Positions 42,927 to 53,173 of a stretch of DNA of 64,000 nt are shown one piece after another. The notes beneath the pieces are model-generated. The model searched no databases, was not told the DNA's origin, and was given only the letters and a program-made list of their open reading frames with translations. This stretch comes from Thermodesulfobacteriota bacterium. Lineage in GTDB: Bacteria > Desulfobacterota > Desulfobulbia > Desulfobulbales > SURF-16. The stretch covers positions 29,890 to 93,889 of the forward strand of contig JBMONN010000022.1 in NCBI GenBank assembly GCA_049323935.1. Reading direction: 5' to 3'. Numbering within the stretch: position 1 is the first letter of the stretch; every line of letters begins with the position of its first letter. The translations under genes were made by a program, and so were the position numbers.

Positions 42927-44093
42927 ATGATATCCCTCGGTATTGAACAACTGCTCGTCGACCCCCCGGTCCGGCTCAAGGGCAAACGCCTCGGTCTTCT
43001 CTGCAATCAGGCGTCCACCGATCGTCATTTCCGCCACAGCCGGGATCTCATCCATGCCGCCTTTCCGGACCAGCTTACCTGTCTGTTCACCCCCCAGCAC
43101 GGTTTTTATTGCGAAAAGCAGGACAATATGATCGAGTCGGAGCATATGCGTGACAGGATAACCGGTCTGCCGGTATACAGTCTCTACGGCGAGACGCGCA
43201 AACCGACCCGGGAGATGTTCGAGCAGCTCGATGTCCTGCTGGTCGATATCGTCGATGTCGGCACCAGGGTTTACACCTTCATGTATACCCTGGCCTACTG
43301 CTTGCAAGCCGCGGTTCGTTCCGGCAAAAAGGTGGTGGTGCTCGATCGGCCCAATCCCATCGGCGGCGAGATGATCGAAGGCAACCTGGTGGACGATGAC
43401 CTGCGTTCCTTTGTCGGCCTCTATCCCATTCCCATGCGGCACGGGTTGACTTTCGGCGAGCTGGGCCGGCTCTTTAACGATCATTTCGGCATCAAGGCCG
43501 ACTATGAGGTGATCCCCATGGCCGGCTGGCGCCGCTCCATGACCCACGAGGACACCGGCCTGCCCTGGCTCTTTCCTTCGCCAAACATGCCGTCGGCCCT
43601 GACCGCCGCTGTCTATCCCGGCCAGGTTATCTGGGAGGGGACCAACATCTCGGAAGGCCGCGGCACCACCCTGCCTTTTGAACTCTTCGGCGCGCCCTTT
43701 GTCGAGCCGGCCCGGGTACTGGAACATCTTGATCACTCCCTGCTGGCCGGCTGCTTTCTGCGGCCGATTTCCTTTCTCCCCACCGCGGGCAAGTGGCAGG
43801 GGCAGGACTGCGCCGGTTTTCATCTCCATGTGACGGACAAGGCGGCATTCCGGCCTTATCGGGTCAGCCTGGCCCTGCTGCAGGCGGTCATGCGCCTCTA
43901 TCCCGATGATTTCGCCCTGAAGGCGCCGCCCTATGAATATGAATTTGAAAAGTGTCCGCTCGATCTCATTCTCGGTTCAGGCAAGGTGCGCAACGCCCTG
44001 GCCGCCGGGGAGGCGATAGCGGACATTGAATCGGGCTGGCACGACGACCTGCGCCGTTTTGATGAGATGAGGAGAAGCTGTTTTCTCTACTAA
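42927..44093 (+). CDS. DUF1343 / NamZ-like exo-beta-N-acetylmuramidase
   Basis: SLYGETRKP, DVGTRVYT, LDRPNPIGG, RHGLTFGEL, SEGRGTTLPFE. Confidence 0.9.
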   Translation: MISLGIEQLLVDPPVRLKGKRLGLLCNQASTDRHFRHSRDLIHAAFPDQLTCLFTPQHGFYCEKQDNMIESEHMRDRITGLPVYSLYGETRKPTREMFEQLDVLLVDIVDVGTRVYTFMYTLAYCLQAAVRSGKKVVVLDRPNPIGGEMIEGNLVDDDLRSFVGLYPIPMRHGLTFGELGRLFNDHFGIKADYEVIPMAGWRRSMTHEDTGLPWLFPSPNMPSALTAAVYPGQVIWEGTNISEGRGTTLPFELFGAPFVEPARVLEHLDHSLLAGCFLRPISFLPTAGKWQGQDCAGFHLHVTDKAAFRPYRVSLALLQAVMRLYPDDFALKAPPYEYEFEKCPLDLILGSGKVRNALAAGEAIADIESGWHDDLRRFDEMRRSCFLY

Positions 44094-44156
44094 CAGAGTG
44101 ATGCGGTACTCCCGGTTTCGTGCTTACCGGCGTTCCCCCGCAGGAGGAATAACGAA

Positions 44157-45575
44157 ATGCTCTCTATCCAGCCAGTCATTCTCGCCGGCGGCAGCGGTTC
44201 GCGCCTCTGGCCCCTGTCGCGGGAGCTTTATCCCAAGCAGCTGCTCAATCTGACCGAGGAGTGTTCGCTTCTGCAGAGCACGATCAAGAGGGCCGTCGCC
44301 CTGCCGGACAGCCTGCCGCCGCTCGTCATCACCGGCGAACAGCATCGTTTTCTCGCCTTGAGCCAGATCGCCGAGCTGGGACTGACCGATCCCATCGACA
44401 TCCTGCTGGAGCCGGTGGGCCGCAACACCGCTCCGGCCATCTGCGGGGCCGCTCTTTACTGCCGGCAGCGGCGCGAAGAGGATGTCGTGCTGCTCGTTCT
44501 GCCGGCCGATCATCTGATCCGCAAGGCCGACGCCTTCCGGGATGCGGTTTGTCAGGCGGCGGAGCTGGCCGGCCAGGGACGGCTGGTTACCTTCGGCATC
44601 ACGCCGGACAAGCCGGAGACCGGCTATGGCTACATCGAAAAGGGTGACGATTGCCGGGTCCGCTCCTTTGTCGAAAAGCCCGATCTGGCCACCGCAAAGA
44701 GGTATCTCGCCGCCGGCAATTATTTCTGGAACAGCGGTATGTTCGCCTTCTCCATCTCGACAATCCTGGCTGAGATGGAGCAGTTGACGCCGGCTATCCA
44801 TGCCGCCATGGCCGCCGCCCTGGCCAGGGGGACACGGGATAACCGCTTTTTTCGTTTTGACCGCGAGGAAATGGCGGCCTGCCCGGATGACTCCATCGAT
44901 TATGCCATCATGGAAAAATCGGCCACGGTCGCCGTGATCCCGGCCGACCTCGGCTGGAGCGACATCGGCTCCTGGCAGGCCTTGTATGAGGTGGCGGCCA
45001 AGGATGGAGAGGGCAACGTGCTGCTCGGTGATGTCATGACCCATGATGTCGGCAACTGTCTCATCCATTCCGAGCACGGACTGGTGGCGGCCATCGGCCT
45101 GCGCGATACCCTCGTCGTCGATACCGCGGATGCGGTGCTTGTCGCGCCCATCGGTCGTTCCCAGGAGATTAAACAGATCGTCACCCGCCTGAAAAAGGAA
45201 AAGCGGGAGGAATATCTGCTGCACCGCACGGTTTTCCGGCCCTGGGGCAGCTATACCATCCTCGAGGAGCAGCCCAATTTCAAGATCAAACGGATCACGG
45301 TCAATCCCGGGGTCAAACTTTCCCTGCAACTGCACCATCATCGCTCCGAGCACTGGGTGGTGGTGCGGGGCGCGGCCCGGGTCACCTGTGGGGAGAGGGT
45401 CTTTCTCGTCCTCGAGAATCAGTCCACCTATATCCCCTGTGGGGAAAAACACCGGCTGGAGAATCCGGGCATCATCCCCCTGGAGCTGATCGAGGTGCAG
45501 AACGGCAGCTACCTCGGCGAGGATGACATCGTCCGCTTTGACGATGACTTCGGCCGGGAGGAGAAAGCCGGCTGA
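44157..45575 (+). CDS. manC: Mannose-1-phosphate guanylyltransferase / mannose-6-phosphate isomerase
   Basis: LAGGSGSRLWPLSR..PKQ, RNTAPA, FVEKP, WSDIGSW, cupin HHHRSEHW. Confidence 0.95.
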   Translation: MLSIQPVILAGGSGSRLWPLSRELYPKQLLNLTEECSLLQSTIKRAVALPDSLPPLVITGEQHRFLALSQIAELGLTDPIDILLEPVGRNTAPAICGAALYCRQRREEDVVLLVLPADHLIRKADAFRDAVCQAAELAGQGRLVTFGITPDKPETGYGYIEKGDDCRVRSFVEKPDLATAKRYLAAGNYFWNSGMFAFSISTILAEMEQLTPAIHAAMAAALARGTRDNRFFRFDREEMAACPDDSIDYAIMEKSATVAVIPADLGWSDIGSWQALYEVAAKDGEGNVLLGDVMTHDVGNCLIHSEHGLVAAIGLRDTLVVDTADAVLVAPIGRSQEIKQIVTRLKKEKREEYLLHRTVFRPWGSYTILEEQPNFKIKRITVNPGVKLSLQLHHHRSEHWVVVRGAARVTCGERVFLVLENQSTYIPCGEKHRLENPGIIPLELIEVQNGSYLGEDDIVRFDDDFGREEKAG

Positions 45576-45601
45576 GCCGGCGGCGGGGGCGGCAGGAGCT
45601 G

Positions 45602-46330
45602 ATGACCATCAAACGTCGCGATCCCTCTTCCATCGAGGACTACCTGCCCTTTTTTTACGATATCGGGGTGGAATGTCCGTATGGCCTGCACCGGATGGCC
45701 ATCTATCGTCAGCAGCAGTTCGCCGTTTTGCCTGATTCATTATTGGGCTGCTTTTTTGCGGCGGGATTCCGGCGCAACGGCAATTGTCTCTATACCATGG
45801 TCTGCCCGGGCTGCCAAAGCTGCATTCCCATCCGACTCTATCCGCCGGAGTTCAGGGCGAACCGTAGCCAGAAGCGAGTGCTGCGCCGCAACCGGGATAT
45901 AGAGATTACCATGGGGCCGCTGCATATCACCGAGGAAAAGCTCGCCCTCTGCGGCGCCTTTCTGGAAGCCCGTTTTCCGGTTCGGGGCAATACGGCGGTT
46001 GGGTATTACGGCACTTTTTTCGCCAATTCCCTCTGTTCAACCATCGAAATCGAATACCGGCTCGGCGGCAGACTGCTCGGGGTCGGGATTGTTGATATCG
46101 GCGGCGACTGGCTCAATGCGGTTTACTGCTACTATGATCCTGCCGAGGAAAAACGAGGGCTTGGCACCTTCAACATTCTCCACCTCATCGACCTCTGTCG
46201 AAACAACGACATCACTGCGCTGTATCTCGGCTACCTGATCCGCGAGGTGCCGGCCATGAACTACAAGGAGCGCTTCCGGCCCCATTATCTACTGGAAAAC
46301 GGGGTCTGGAGCCGGTATGACCGATCCTGA
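45602..46330 (+). CDS. ATE/Bpt-family aminoacyl-protein transferase
   Basis: CPY, GFRRNG, CPGCQSCIPIR, YLGYLI..MNYK. Confidence 0.9.
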   Translation: MTIKRRDPSSIEDYLPFFYDIGVECPYGLHRMAIYRQQQFAVLPDSLLGCFFAAGFRRNGNCLYTMVCPGCQSCIPIRLYPPEFRANRSQKRVLRRNRDIEITMGPLHITEEKLALCGAFLEARFPVRGNTAVGYYGTFFANSLCSTIEIEYRLGGRLLGVGIVDIGGDWLNAVYCYYDPAEEKRGLGTFNILHLIDLCRNNDITALYLGYLIREVPAMNYKERFRPHYLLENGVWSRYDRS

Positions 46331-46354
46331 CCGACCGGGAACGAAGCATGGGTG

Positions 46355-46470
46355 TATTGTGAAAAAATAGAAAATCAACCACAGAGATCACAGCGAACCA
46401 AGAGGCAACGAGTTGTAATTTAAAAAGTTTTCTTTGGCTCTCAGTGGCAAATAAAGACTTGAGAACGGCA
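46355..46470 (-). repeat. Family-A element, copy 6 (diverged, abuts the ispH start; ends approximate)
   Basis: GAAAATCAACCACAGAGATCACAGCG...CAACGAGTTGTAATTT...CTCAGTGGC...AAAGACTT. Confidence 0.8.
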
Positions 46471-48200
46471 TGAAGGTCATACTGGCAAAAAAGGCGGGAT
46501 TCTGCATGGGGGTGCGCCGGGCGGTGGAAACCACCCTGGATACGGTGCACAAGGGCGACGGCAAGATCGCCACTTTCGGCCCTCTCATTCATAATCCTCA
46601 AGTCCTTGGTCTGCTGCAGGATCAGGGTGTCGATATATTGAAGGAGATTCCCGAGCATCTGTCCGGCACCGTCATCATCCGCGCCCATGGGGTGCCGCCC
46701 GCCGACAAGGAGAAGCTGGCCGCCGCCGGCGCCCGGGTCATGGACGCCACCTGCCCCCGGGTGGTGAAGGTGCAGGCCATTATCCGTACCTATCGGGAGA
46801 AAGATCATGCCACCATCATCATCGGTGACAAGAACCACGCCGAGGTTGTCGGTCTGATGGGGTATGCCGCTCCTGATGTCCAGGTGGTCAGCGATGAGAA
46901 TGATCTTGCCGGACTCGCCGTCAGCGGCCCGTACATCATCGTCAGCCAAACCACCCAGGACGAGTTGGCCTTTCAGCGATTGAGCGCGGCGATCATGGCC
47001 CGTTTCCCGGGGGGCAAGGTGTTCAACACCATCTGCGACTCGACCCATAAGCGGCAGGAGGAGGTCCGCAATCTCGCCCGCATGGTGCCGGCCATGGTGG
47101 TGGTCGGCGGCACCGGCAGCGCCAATACCCAACGCCTTGGCCAGATCGCCGCCGAGATAGGCTGCCGGGTCTTCATGGCCGAGACCGAGGCAGATCTTGA
47201 CTGCCGGCAGATTGCCACCTTTGACCGCATCGGTGTCACTGCCGGCGCCTCGACCCCGACCTGGATGATTAATCGGGTGGTTCGCTGGCTGGAGTCATGT
47301 CCCGCCCAGGGCGACAGTTGGCTGAAAATTTTTTCCCTGCGGCTCATCCATGCCCTGCTCGCTTCCAATCTCTTTGTCGCCGTGGCCGGCGGTCTGCTCG
47401 CCCTGGTCTGCGGTCTGCTGCTGGGAAGCAGGCCATACGGCGAGGATTTTTTTGTCGCCGCCGGTTATCTGCTTGCCATGCACAATATGAACCGTTTTGC
47501 CGATTTTCGCACCGGCAGGATGAATGATCCGCTGCTGGAGAACTTCTGGCGGCGGTTTTCGGTGCCGCTCCTTGCCTTCTCCGGCTCCGCTCTGCTTATT
47601 TCCCTTTTTCTCACCCGGCTCAAGGGGCTGCCGCAGTTTGTCATCCTCCTTTCCATGAGTATCCTCGGCATTCTCTATACCGTACCTTTTATTCCGAAAA
47701 TCATCGCTGCGATCATCAGGGTGCGGCGGCTCAAGGAGATCCCCGGTTCCAAGACCTTTTTCGTCGCCCTGGCCTGGGCCTTTGTCACCGTCCTTATTCC
47801 CGGGCTTGGCGAGGATTTATTTTCACCGCAGACTTTTTCGGTTTTTGTGCTTATAGTGCTTTTTGTTTTTATCCGTACCCTGCTCTACGATGTCTTTGAC
47901 GTGCAGGGCGACCGGATTGCCGGCAAGGAAACCCTGCCGGTCTGCATCGGGGAAAAGGGATCGCTGCGGCTGCTGTATGTGAGCCTTGCCGCTCTGGTCG
48001 TGTTGCTCATTGTCTTTCCCGTGGCCGGTCTTATTGCCCCGGCCGCGCCCCTGTTGCTTGTGCCCGTGGCGTCGCTGCTTGTCCTCACCCGTCTCTATGA
48101 AACCCGGCGGGTGGTGCAGGGAATGCGGCTCGAATTCTGGCTGGAAAGCCATTTTTATCTGATGGCGCTTTGCGTCTGGGCCGGGGTCGGGCTCGGCTGA
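46470..48200 (+). CDS. ispH: IspH (HMBPP reductase) fused to a UbiA-like membrane prenyltransferase domain
   Basis: GFCMGV, DATCP, NTICDST, TAGASTP; C-terminal half multi-TM with YDVFDVQGDRIAGKETLP. Confidence 0.92.
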   Translation: MKVILAKKAGFCMGVRRAVETTLDTVHKGDGKIATFGPLIHNPQVLGLLQDQGVDILKEIPEHLSGTVIIRAHGVPPADKEKLAAAGARVMDATCPRVVKVQAIIRTYREKDHATIIIGDKNHAEVVGLMGYAAPDVQVVSDENDLAGLAVSGPYIIVSQTTQDELAFQRLSAAIMARFPGGKVFNTICDSTHKRQEEVRNLARMVPAMVVVGGTGSANTQRLGQIAAEIGCRVFMAETEADLDCRQIATFDRIGVTAGASTPTWMINRVVRWLESCPAQGDSWLKIFSLRLIHALLASNLFVAVAGGLLALVCGLLLGSRPYGEDFFVAAGYLLAMHNMNRFADFRTGRMNDPLLENFWRRFSVPLLAFSGSALLISLFLTRLKGLPQFVILLSMSILGILYTVPFIPKIIAAIIRVRRLKEIPGSKTFFVALAWAFVTVLIPGLGEDLFSPQTFSVFVLIVLFVFIRTLLYDVFDVQGDRIAGKETLPVCIGEKGSLRLLYVSLAALVVLLIVFPVAGLIAPAAPLLLVPVASLLVLTRLYETRRVVQGMRLEFWLESHFYLMALCVWAGVGLG

Positions 48201-48231
48201 GGGCGGCACGATATCGGTAAGAGGAGAGAGC

Positions 48232-49347
48232 ATGCTTGGCTGGTTCAAGAAAAAATTGAAAATCGGCGGCAAGGACGAGGTTCCGGCACCGGGAGTTGGG
48301 GAAAGTGGAGCAATCGCTCCGGCGGTGGATGAACCCGTCGCGCCATCTGTGCCGGTTGCCGATGCTGTCGGGTTGTCCCGACCGCTGGAGGAGGTTGCGC
48401 CACCGGTCGAGGAGGGGGGCGGTCTCTTTGTCCGGCTCAAGGAGAAGCTGGCCAAGACCCGGTCATCCTTTGTCAGCCGGGTGGATGAGCTTTTTCTCGG
48501 CAAAAAGGTCATTGATCCGGAGCTGCTCGACGACCTGGAGGAGATCCTCATTGCCGCCGACCTCGGGGTCGGCACCGCCCAGGAACTCATCGAGAGCGCC
48601 CGGACCAGCGTTGCCCGCAAGGAACTCAGCGATCCCCAGGCCCTGAAAAAGGTGCTGAAAGAGCAGATCTCCGCCTTTATTCACAGCTCCGATCAGCCGG
48701 CCGAGCTGGTCATGCCGGCCGAGGGTCCCTTTGTCATCATGGTGGTCGGGGTCAACGGCGTCGGCAAGACCACCACCATCGGCAAGATGGCCCGCAAATT
48801 CGTCAGATCAGGGCAGCGCGTCCTGCTGGTGGCTGGTGATACCTTCAGGGCCGCGGCGGTGGAGCAGCTGCAGATATGGGGGAAAAGGATCGGGGTCGAT
48901 GTCGTTGCCCAGCAGTCCGGCGCCGATCCCTCGGCCGTGGTCTATGACGCCATGGATCATGCCCGCCGGAAAAAGGCGGACGTGGTGATTGTCGATACTG
49001 CCGGCCGCCTCCACACCAAGGTCAATCTGATGGAGGAGCTGAAAAAAATCAAGCGGGTGATGGACAAGAAGATTGCCGGCGCCCCCCACGAGGTGCTGCT
49101 CGTCATCGACTCCACCACCGGCCAGAACGCCATCTCCCAGGCCCGGCTTTTCAACGATGCGGTCGGCGTCACCGGCCTTGCTCTGACCAAGCTCGACGGC
49201 ACCGCCAAGGGCGGGATTGTCGTCAATATCTGCCGGGAATTCTCCATCCCCATCCGTTTTATCGGCATCGGCGAGAAGATGGACGACCTGCGCGATTTCG
49301 ACGCCGATGAGTTCATCGAGGCCCTGTTTGCCGAGAACAGCCGATGA
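48232..49347 (+). CDS. ftsY: SRP receptor FtsY
   Basis: [32 protein letters not shown]. Confidence 0.97.
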   Translation: MLGWFKKKLKIGGKDEVPAPGVGESGAIAPAVDEPVAPSVPVADAVGLSRPLEEVAPPVEEGGGLFVRLKEKLAKTRSSFVSRVDELFLGKKVIDPELLDDLEEILIAADLGVGTAQELIESARTSVARKELSDPQALKKVLKEQISAFIHSSDQPAELVMPAEGPFVIMVVGVNGVGKTTTIGKMARKFVRSGQRVLLVAGDTFRAAAVEQLQIWGKRIGVDVVAQQSGADPSAVVYDAMDHARRKKADVVIVDTAGRLHTKVNLMEELKKIKRVMDKKIAGAPHEVLLVIDSTTGQNAISQARLFNDAVGVTGLALTKLDGTAKGGIVVNICREFSIPIRFIGIGEKMDDLRDFDADEFIEALFAENSR

Positions 49348-50177
49348 GATACCAGTATCAGTATCATAACCAGCCGGGCTGCGGCGGCTGCCTGCTGGTG
49401 GCGCTTCTCTTGCTGCTCGCCTTCGGCGGTGCGCCGCTCCTCATCGATGTCATCGGTATCCTGCTGGCCGGCGGTCTCTTCTTTTTTCTCTTTCTCTTTA
49501 TCGGCTTCTGGGCTTTTTCCTATTATATCCGCCGCAAGGTGAGCGAATACGAACGCAGCCAGACCGAGGCGCACAACGATTTCGTCGCCTCGCTGATCAG
49601 CATTCTGGTGAAGATCGCCCAGTTTGACGGCAAAATCACCCGGGCCGAGCAGCAGACCATCAAGAATTTTTTCCGCACCCAGCTCCGCTATGATCAGAAC
49701 AAGATGTTCTGGGTGGGGGAGCTGATCAAGGATGCTTCCCGCAACAGCGATTCCCTGGAGACCCAGCTGGCCCGCTTTCGCGCCTCCTTTGCCTACGAGC
49801 CACGCCTCATTTTGGTCGAACTGGTTTACCAGGTCTTATTTGCCAATGAGATCGTCACCGACCAGGAGCTGGAGCTGGCCCGCACCATCGCCGAGTACCT
49901 CGAACTTTCTCCCTATGATCTGCAAACCATTCAGAGTCGGTATCTCTATCGCCGTCGTGCTGCGGTCAACCAGGAGCAGCAGTATTACGACGTGCTCGGC
50001 TTGACTCCGAACGCCACCTTTGACGAGATCAAGAAGGCTTACCGCCAGCTCAGCATGAAGTATCATCCGGATAAGGTCGGTCATCTCGGCCAGGAGTTTC
50101 AGGGCGTGGCCGAGGAAAAGATGAAGGAAATCAATGCGGCCTATCAGTTTTTTAAAAAGAAGTTCAATCAACCATGA
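49344..50177 (+). CDS. DjlA-like TerB + J-domain membrane co-chaperone
   Basis: N-terminal TM helices, AQFDGKI TerB-like region, YHPDK. Confidence 0.85.
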   Translation: MRYQYQYHNQPGCGGCLLVALLLLLAFGGAPLLIDVIGILLAGGLFFFLFLFIGFWAFSYYIRRKVSEYERSQTEAHNDFVASLISILVKIAQFDGKITRAEQQTIKNFFRTQLRYDQNKMFWVGELIKDASRNSDSLETQLARFRASFAYEPRLILVELVYQVLFANEIVTDQELELARTIAEYLELSPYDLQTIQSRYLYRRRAAVNQEQQYYDVLGLTPNATFDEIKKAYRQLSMKYHPDKVGHLGQEFQGVAEEKMKEINAAYQFFKKKFNQP

Positions 50178-50309
50178 CAAACCCGTAAAAAGTCTTTTTT
50201 CACCACAGAGCGCACAGAGGACGCAGAGAAAACTTTTTAAATTACAAATAGTTACCACTTAGTGCTCTGTGATCTCTGTGCTTGATTTTCTGTATTTACG
50301 AAACCATCA
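50175..50309 (+). repeat. Family-A element, copy 7; its terminal TGA is the upstream gene's stop codon
   Basis: TGACAAACCCGTAAAAAGTC..ACCACAGAG CGCACAGAG GACGCAGAG...TTTACGAAACCATCA. Confidence 0.92.
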
Positions 50310-50327
50310 TACAAAGGAATCTTCACC

Positions 50328-51512
50328 ATGAGCAGTATTTCATCGAAAATGGGTAATTTTGCCACCGCATCCTCCTGGATTCGCAAGATGTTCGAGGAGG
50401 GCGCCAAGCTCAAAAAAGAGTATGGGGCGGAGAATGTCTTTGACTTCAGCCTCGGCAATCCGGATCTGCCGCCGCCGCCCGAGTTTGATCGGGTTCTCCA
50501 GCGCATTGCCGCGGACCATGGTCCGGGTCGCCACAGCTATATGCCGAACGGCGGTTATCCCCATGTGCGTGGTGCCCTGGCCGCCCAGATCGGCCGGGAA
50601 CAGGGAATTCCCCTGTCCGGCGATGAGCTGCTCATGACCTGCGGCGCCGCCGGGGGCCTCAACGTGGTGTTGAAAGCAATCCTCAACCCGGCGGAAGAGG
50701 TCATCATCCTGGCCCCCTTCTTTGTCGAGTACACCTTCTATATCGACAACCAGGGCGGCAAAAGCGTGGTGGTGCCGACCCGGCCCGACTTTACCCTCGA
50801 TCTCGCCGCCATCGAGGCAGCCATCACCCCGCAGACCAAGGCCATCATCATCAACAGCCCGAACAACCCCAGCGGCCAGATTTACGGGGAGGAGGAGATC
50901 AGTGCCTTGAGCAAGCTTTTGGCCGACCAGGCCAACAAACTGGGGCGGGCGATCTTTCTCATCAGCGACGAACCCTACCGGAAGATCATCTACGACGGCT
51001 GTGCGGTGCCGTCGATTTTTGCCAATTACCGCGACAGCATCATCGTGTCGAGTTATTCCAAGGATCTCTCCCTGCCGGGCGAGCGGATCGGCTATATTGC
51101 CGTCCACCCGGAGATCACCGACCGGCCCGAGCTGCTTGGGGCGATGACCCTGGCTAACCGGATCCTCGGTTTTGTCAATGCCCCGGCGCTCATGCAGCGG
51201 GTGGTGGCCGAACTGCAAGGGGTGACGGTGGACACCGCGATCTACGCCAAACGGCGGGAAACCTTCTGCAGCATCCTGGAGGAGGCGGGTTTTTCCTTTA
51301 CCCCGCCGAAAGGGGCCTTTTATCTCTTTCCGCAGTCGCCCATCGATGACGTGGAGTTCTGTGCCCATCTGCAACGGTACAAGATTCTCGGGGTGCCCGG
51401 CCGCGGCTTCGGGGCACCGGGCTATGTCCGTTTTGCCTTCTGCGTCGAGGATGCGGTGATCGAGCGGTCGCGGGCCGCCTTCAAAGAGGCGATGGCCGGG
51501 CTGAAAGCCTGA
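50328..51512 (+). CDS. Class I/II PLP-dependent aminotransferase (aspartate aminotransferase-like)
   Basis: NSPNNPSG, SDEPY, SYSKDLSLPGERIGY. Confidence 0.92.
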   Translation: MSSISSKMGNFATASSWIRKMFEEGAKLKKEYGAENVFDFSLGNPDLPPPPEFDRVLQRIAADHGPGRHSYMPNGGYPHVRGALAAQIGREQGIPLSGDELLMTCGAAGGLNVVLKAILNPAEEVIILAPFFVEYTFYIDNQGGKSVVVPTRPDFTLDLAAIEAAITPQTKAIIINSPNNPSGQIYGEEEISALSKLLADQANKLGRAIFLISDEPYRKIIYDGCAVPSIFANYRDSIIVSSYSKDLSLPGERIGYIAVHPEITDRPELLGAMTLANRILGFVNAPALMQRVVAELQGVTVDTAIYAKRRETFCSILEEAGFSFTPPKGAFYLFPQSPIDDVEFCAHLQRYKILGVPGRGFGAPGYVRFAFCVEDAVIERSRAAFKEAMAGLKA

Positions 51513-51519
51513 TGCCGGC

Positions 51520-52605
51520 GTGGACGTCACGGAGGCGGCCCGGGTGAGGATTCTCGTTCTCGAGCCCTACTGTGGCGGCTCCCATCAGCGCTTTCTTGCC
51601 GGGCTTGCCGCCCATCTGCCCTTTTCCTTCGATCTGCGCGGGCTGCCGGCCCGGAGCTGGAAATGGCGGATGCGCTTTTCCGCGCCCCATTACGCCGCCA
51701 TGCTGACACCGAGCCGGTCCCATGATCTGGTGCTCTGCTCGACCTTCGTCGATGTCGCCACCTTACGAGGCCTGGGCCCGGCCTGGCTCGGGAAGATACC
51801 GGTGCTGACCTATTTTCATGAAAACCAGTTCGCCTATCCGGTGCAGATTGAGGATGAACGGGACATGCATTTTGCCGTGACCAACATGATGACCGCCGTT
51901 GCCTCGGATCGGGTGGCCTTCAACTCCGCCTACAACCGGGAGACCTTCCTCTCTGGTTGCGCGGCATTGTGTCGGCGGATCCCGGACATGCGGCTTCAGC
52001 TTGCCGAGTCACTGCGGGAGAAGAGCGAGGTGCTTTATCCGCCGGTCGATTTCCGCGATCTTGACCGCTGGGTGAGCGAACCTGGCTCCCGATCCCGGAC
52101 CCCGGTTATTGTCTGGAATCATCGCTGGGAACACGACAAGGATCCGGACGCCTTTTTTGCCGCCCTCTTTACCCTGGCCGCCGAGGGGGTGGATTTTCAA
52201 CTGATCCTGCTCGGTCAATCCTTTGCCCGGCAGCCGGAAATTTTTTCTCGCGCCATTGATCAATTTGGTTCGCGGGTTCTCCATGTCGGTTTTGTCCGGG
52301 ATCATGCCGTCTACTCCCGACTGCTTGCCGGGGCGGATATCGTCGTCTCCACCGCCCGTCACGAGTTTTACGGCATCGCGGTGATCGAGGCGGTACGGGC
52401 CGGCTGCCGGCCGCTGCTGCCGAACCGGTTGTCCTATCCGGAGCTGTTCTCCAGCCAATTTCTCTATGATAAGGGCGATCTGCTGCCGCGGCTGCGGGAG
52501 GCGCTGGGGCAGGGGCGACTCGGCGCCGAACGGGGTCGTGAGCTGACCCGGCGCTTTTCCTGGGAGGAGCTCGCGGGTCGCTACCAGCAGTGGTTGACTC
52601 CATGA
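51520..52605 (+). CDS. DUF3524 + GT4 glycosyltransferase (GTDC1/QTMAN-like)
   Basis: EPYCGGSH, WKWRMR, YFHENQ, WNHRWEHDKDP, HEFYGIAVIEA. Confidence 0.88.
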   Translation: MDVTEAARVRILVLEPYCGGSHQRFLAGLAAHLPFSFDLRGLPARSWKWRMRFSAPHYAAMLTPSRSHDLVLCSTFVDVATLRGLGPAWLGKIPVLTYFHENQFAYPVQIEDERDMHFAVTNMMTAVASDRVAFNSAYNRETFLSGCAALCRRIPDMRLQLAESLREKSEVLYPPVDFRDLDRWVSEPGSRSRTPVIVWNHRWEHDKDPDAFFAALFTLAAEGVDFQLILLGQSFARQPEIFSRAIDQFGSRVLHVGFVRDHAVYSRLLAGADIVVSTARHEFYGIAVIEAVRAGCRPLLPNRLSYPELFSSQFLYDKGDLLPRLREALGQGRLGAERGRELTRRFSWEELAGRYQQWLTP

Positions 52606-53063
52606 TCGTCTTTGATCTGCAATGCACCTGCGGCGCCCTGTTTGAGGGTTGGTTCCGGGATCACGCCGATTTCGACCAGCAGTCCGCCGCAGGTCTGCTC
52701 GCCTGTCCGGTCTGTTCCGGACACGGTTCGGTGCGCAAGGTGCTGTCGCCGGTCATTTATCGCAAAGGCACATCCACGGCGGTGATTACCAAGGAACGTG
52801 AAGCAGCGGAAGAGTCGACCGGTGGGGAGTTGTCACGCCTCCTGGATCAGGCCCTTCATGGTCTCCACCGCTTTGTCGAACGGAATTTCGAGAATGTCGG
52901 CGCGGAGTTTACGGTGCGATCCCTCAAGATGCACTATGGCGTCGAGGAAGCGAAGAATATCCGGGGGGTGGTGACACCGGCGGAAGAGGAGCTGCTTCGC
53001 CGGGAGGGCATTGATTTTGTCAAGATACCGTTTCCTGACAAAAATGAAGACGGCTCGCAGTAA
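52602..53063 (+). CDS. DUF1178 family protein
   Basis: MIVFDLQC..FEGWF, CPVC, FENVG, IRG...LRREGI. Confidence 0.88.
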   Translation: MIVFDLQCTCGALFEGWFRDHADFDQQSAAGLLACPVCSGHGSVRKVLSPVIYRKGTSTAVITKEREAAEESTGGELSRLLDQALHGLHRFVERNFENVGAEFTVRSLKMHYGVEEAKNIRGVVTPAEEELLRREGIDFVKIPFPDKNEDGSQ

Positions 53064-53069
53064 GAAGAG

Positions 53070-53171
53070 GTAGGGGCGCAACGGTTTTTTCGTTGCGAAC
53101 GCGGTGGGTGATCATTGGCCACGGGCGCGGGCAATCCGCGTGGGCAACGGTGGGGCTGTTGCCCACCCTAC
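53070..53171. repeat. GTAG-type REP doublet (REPIN-like)
   Basis: GTAGGGGCGCAACG..CGTTGCG and GTGGGCAAC..GTTGCCCACCCTAC in inverted orientation. Confidence 0.75.
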
Positions 53172-53173
53172 GG

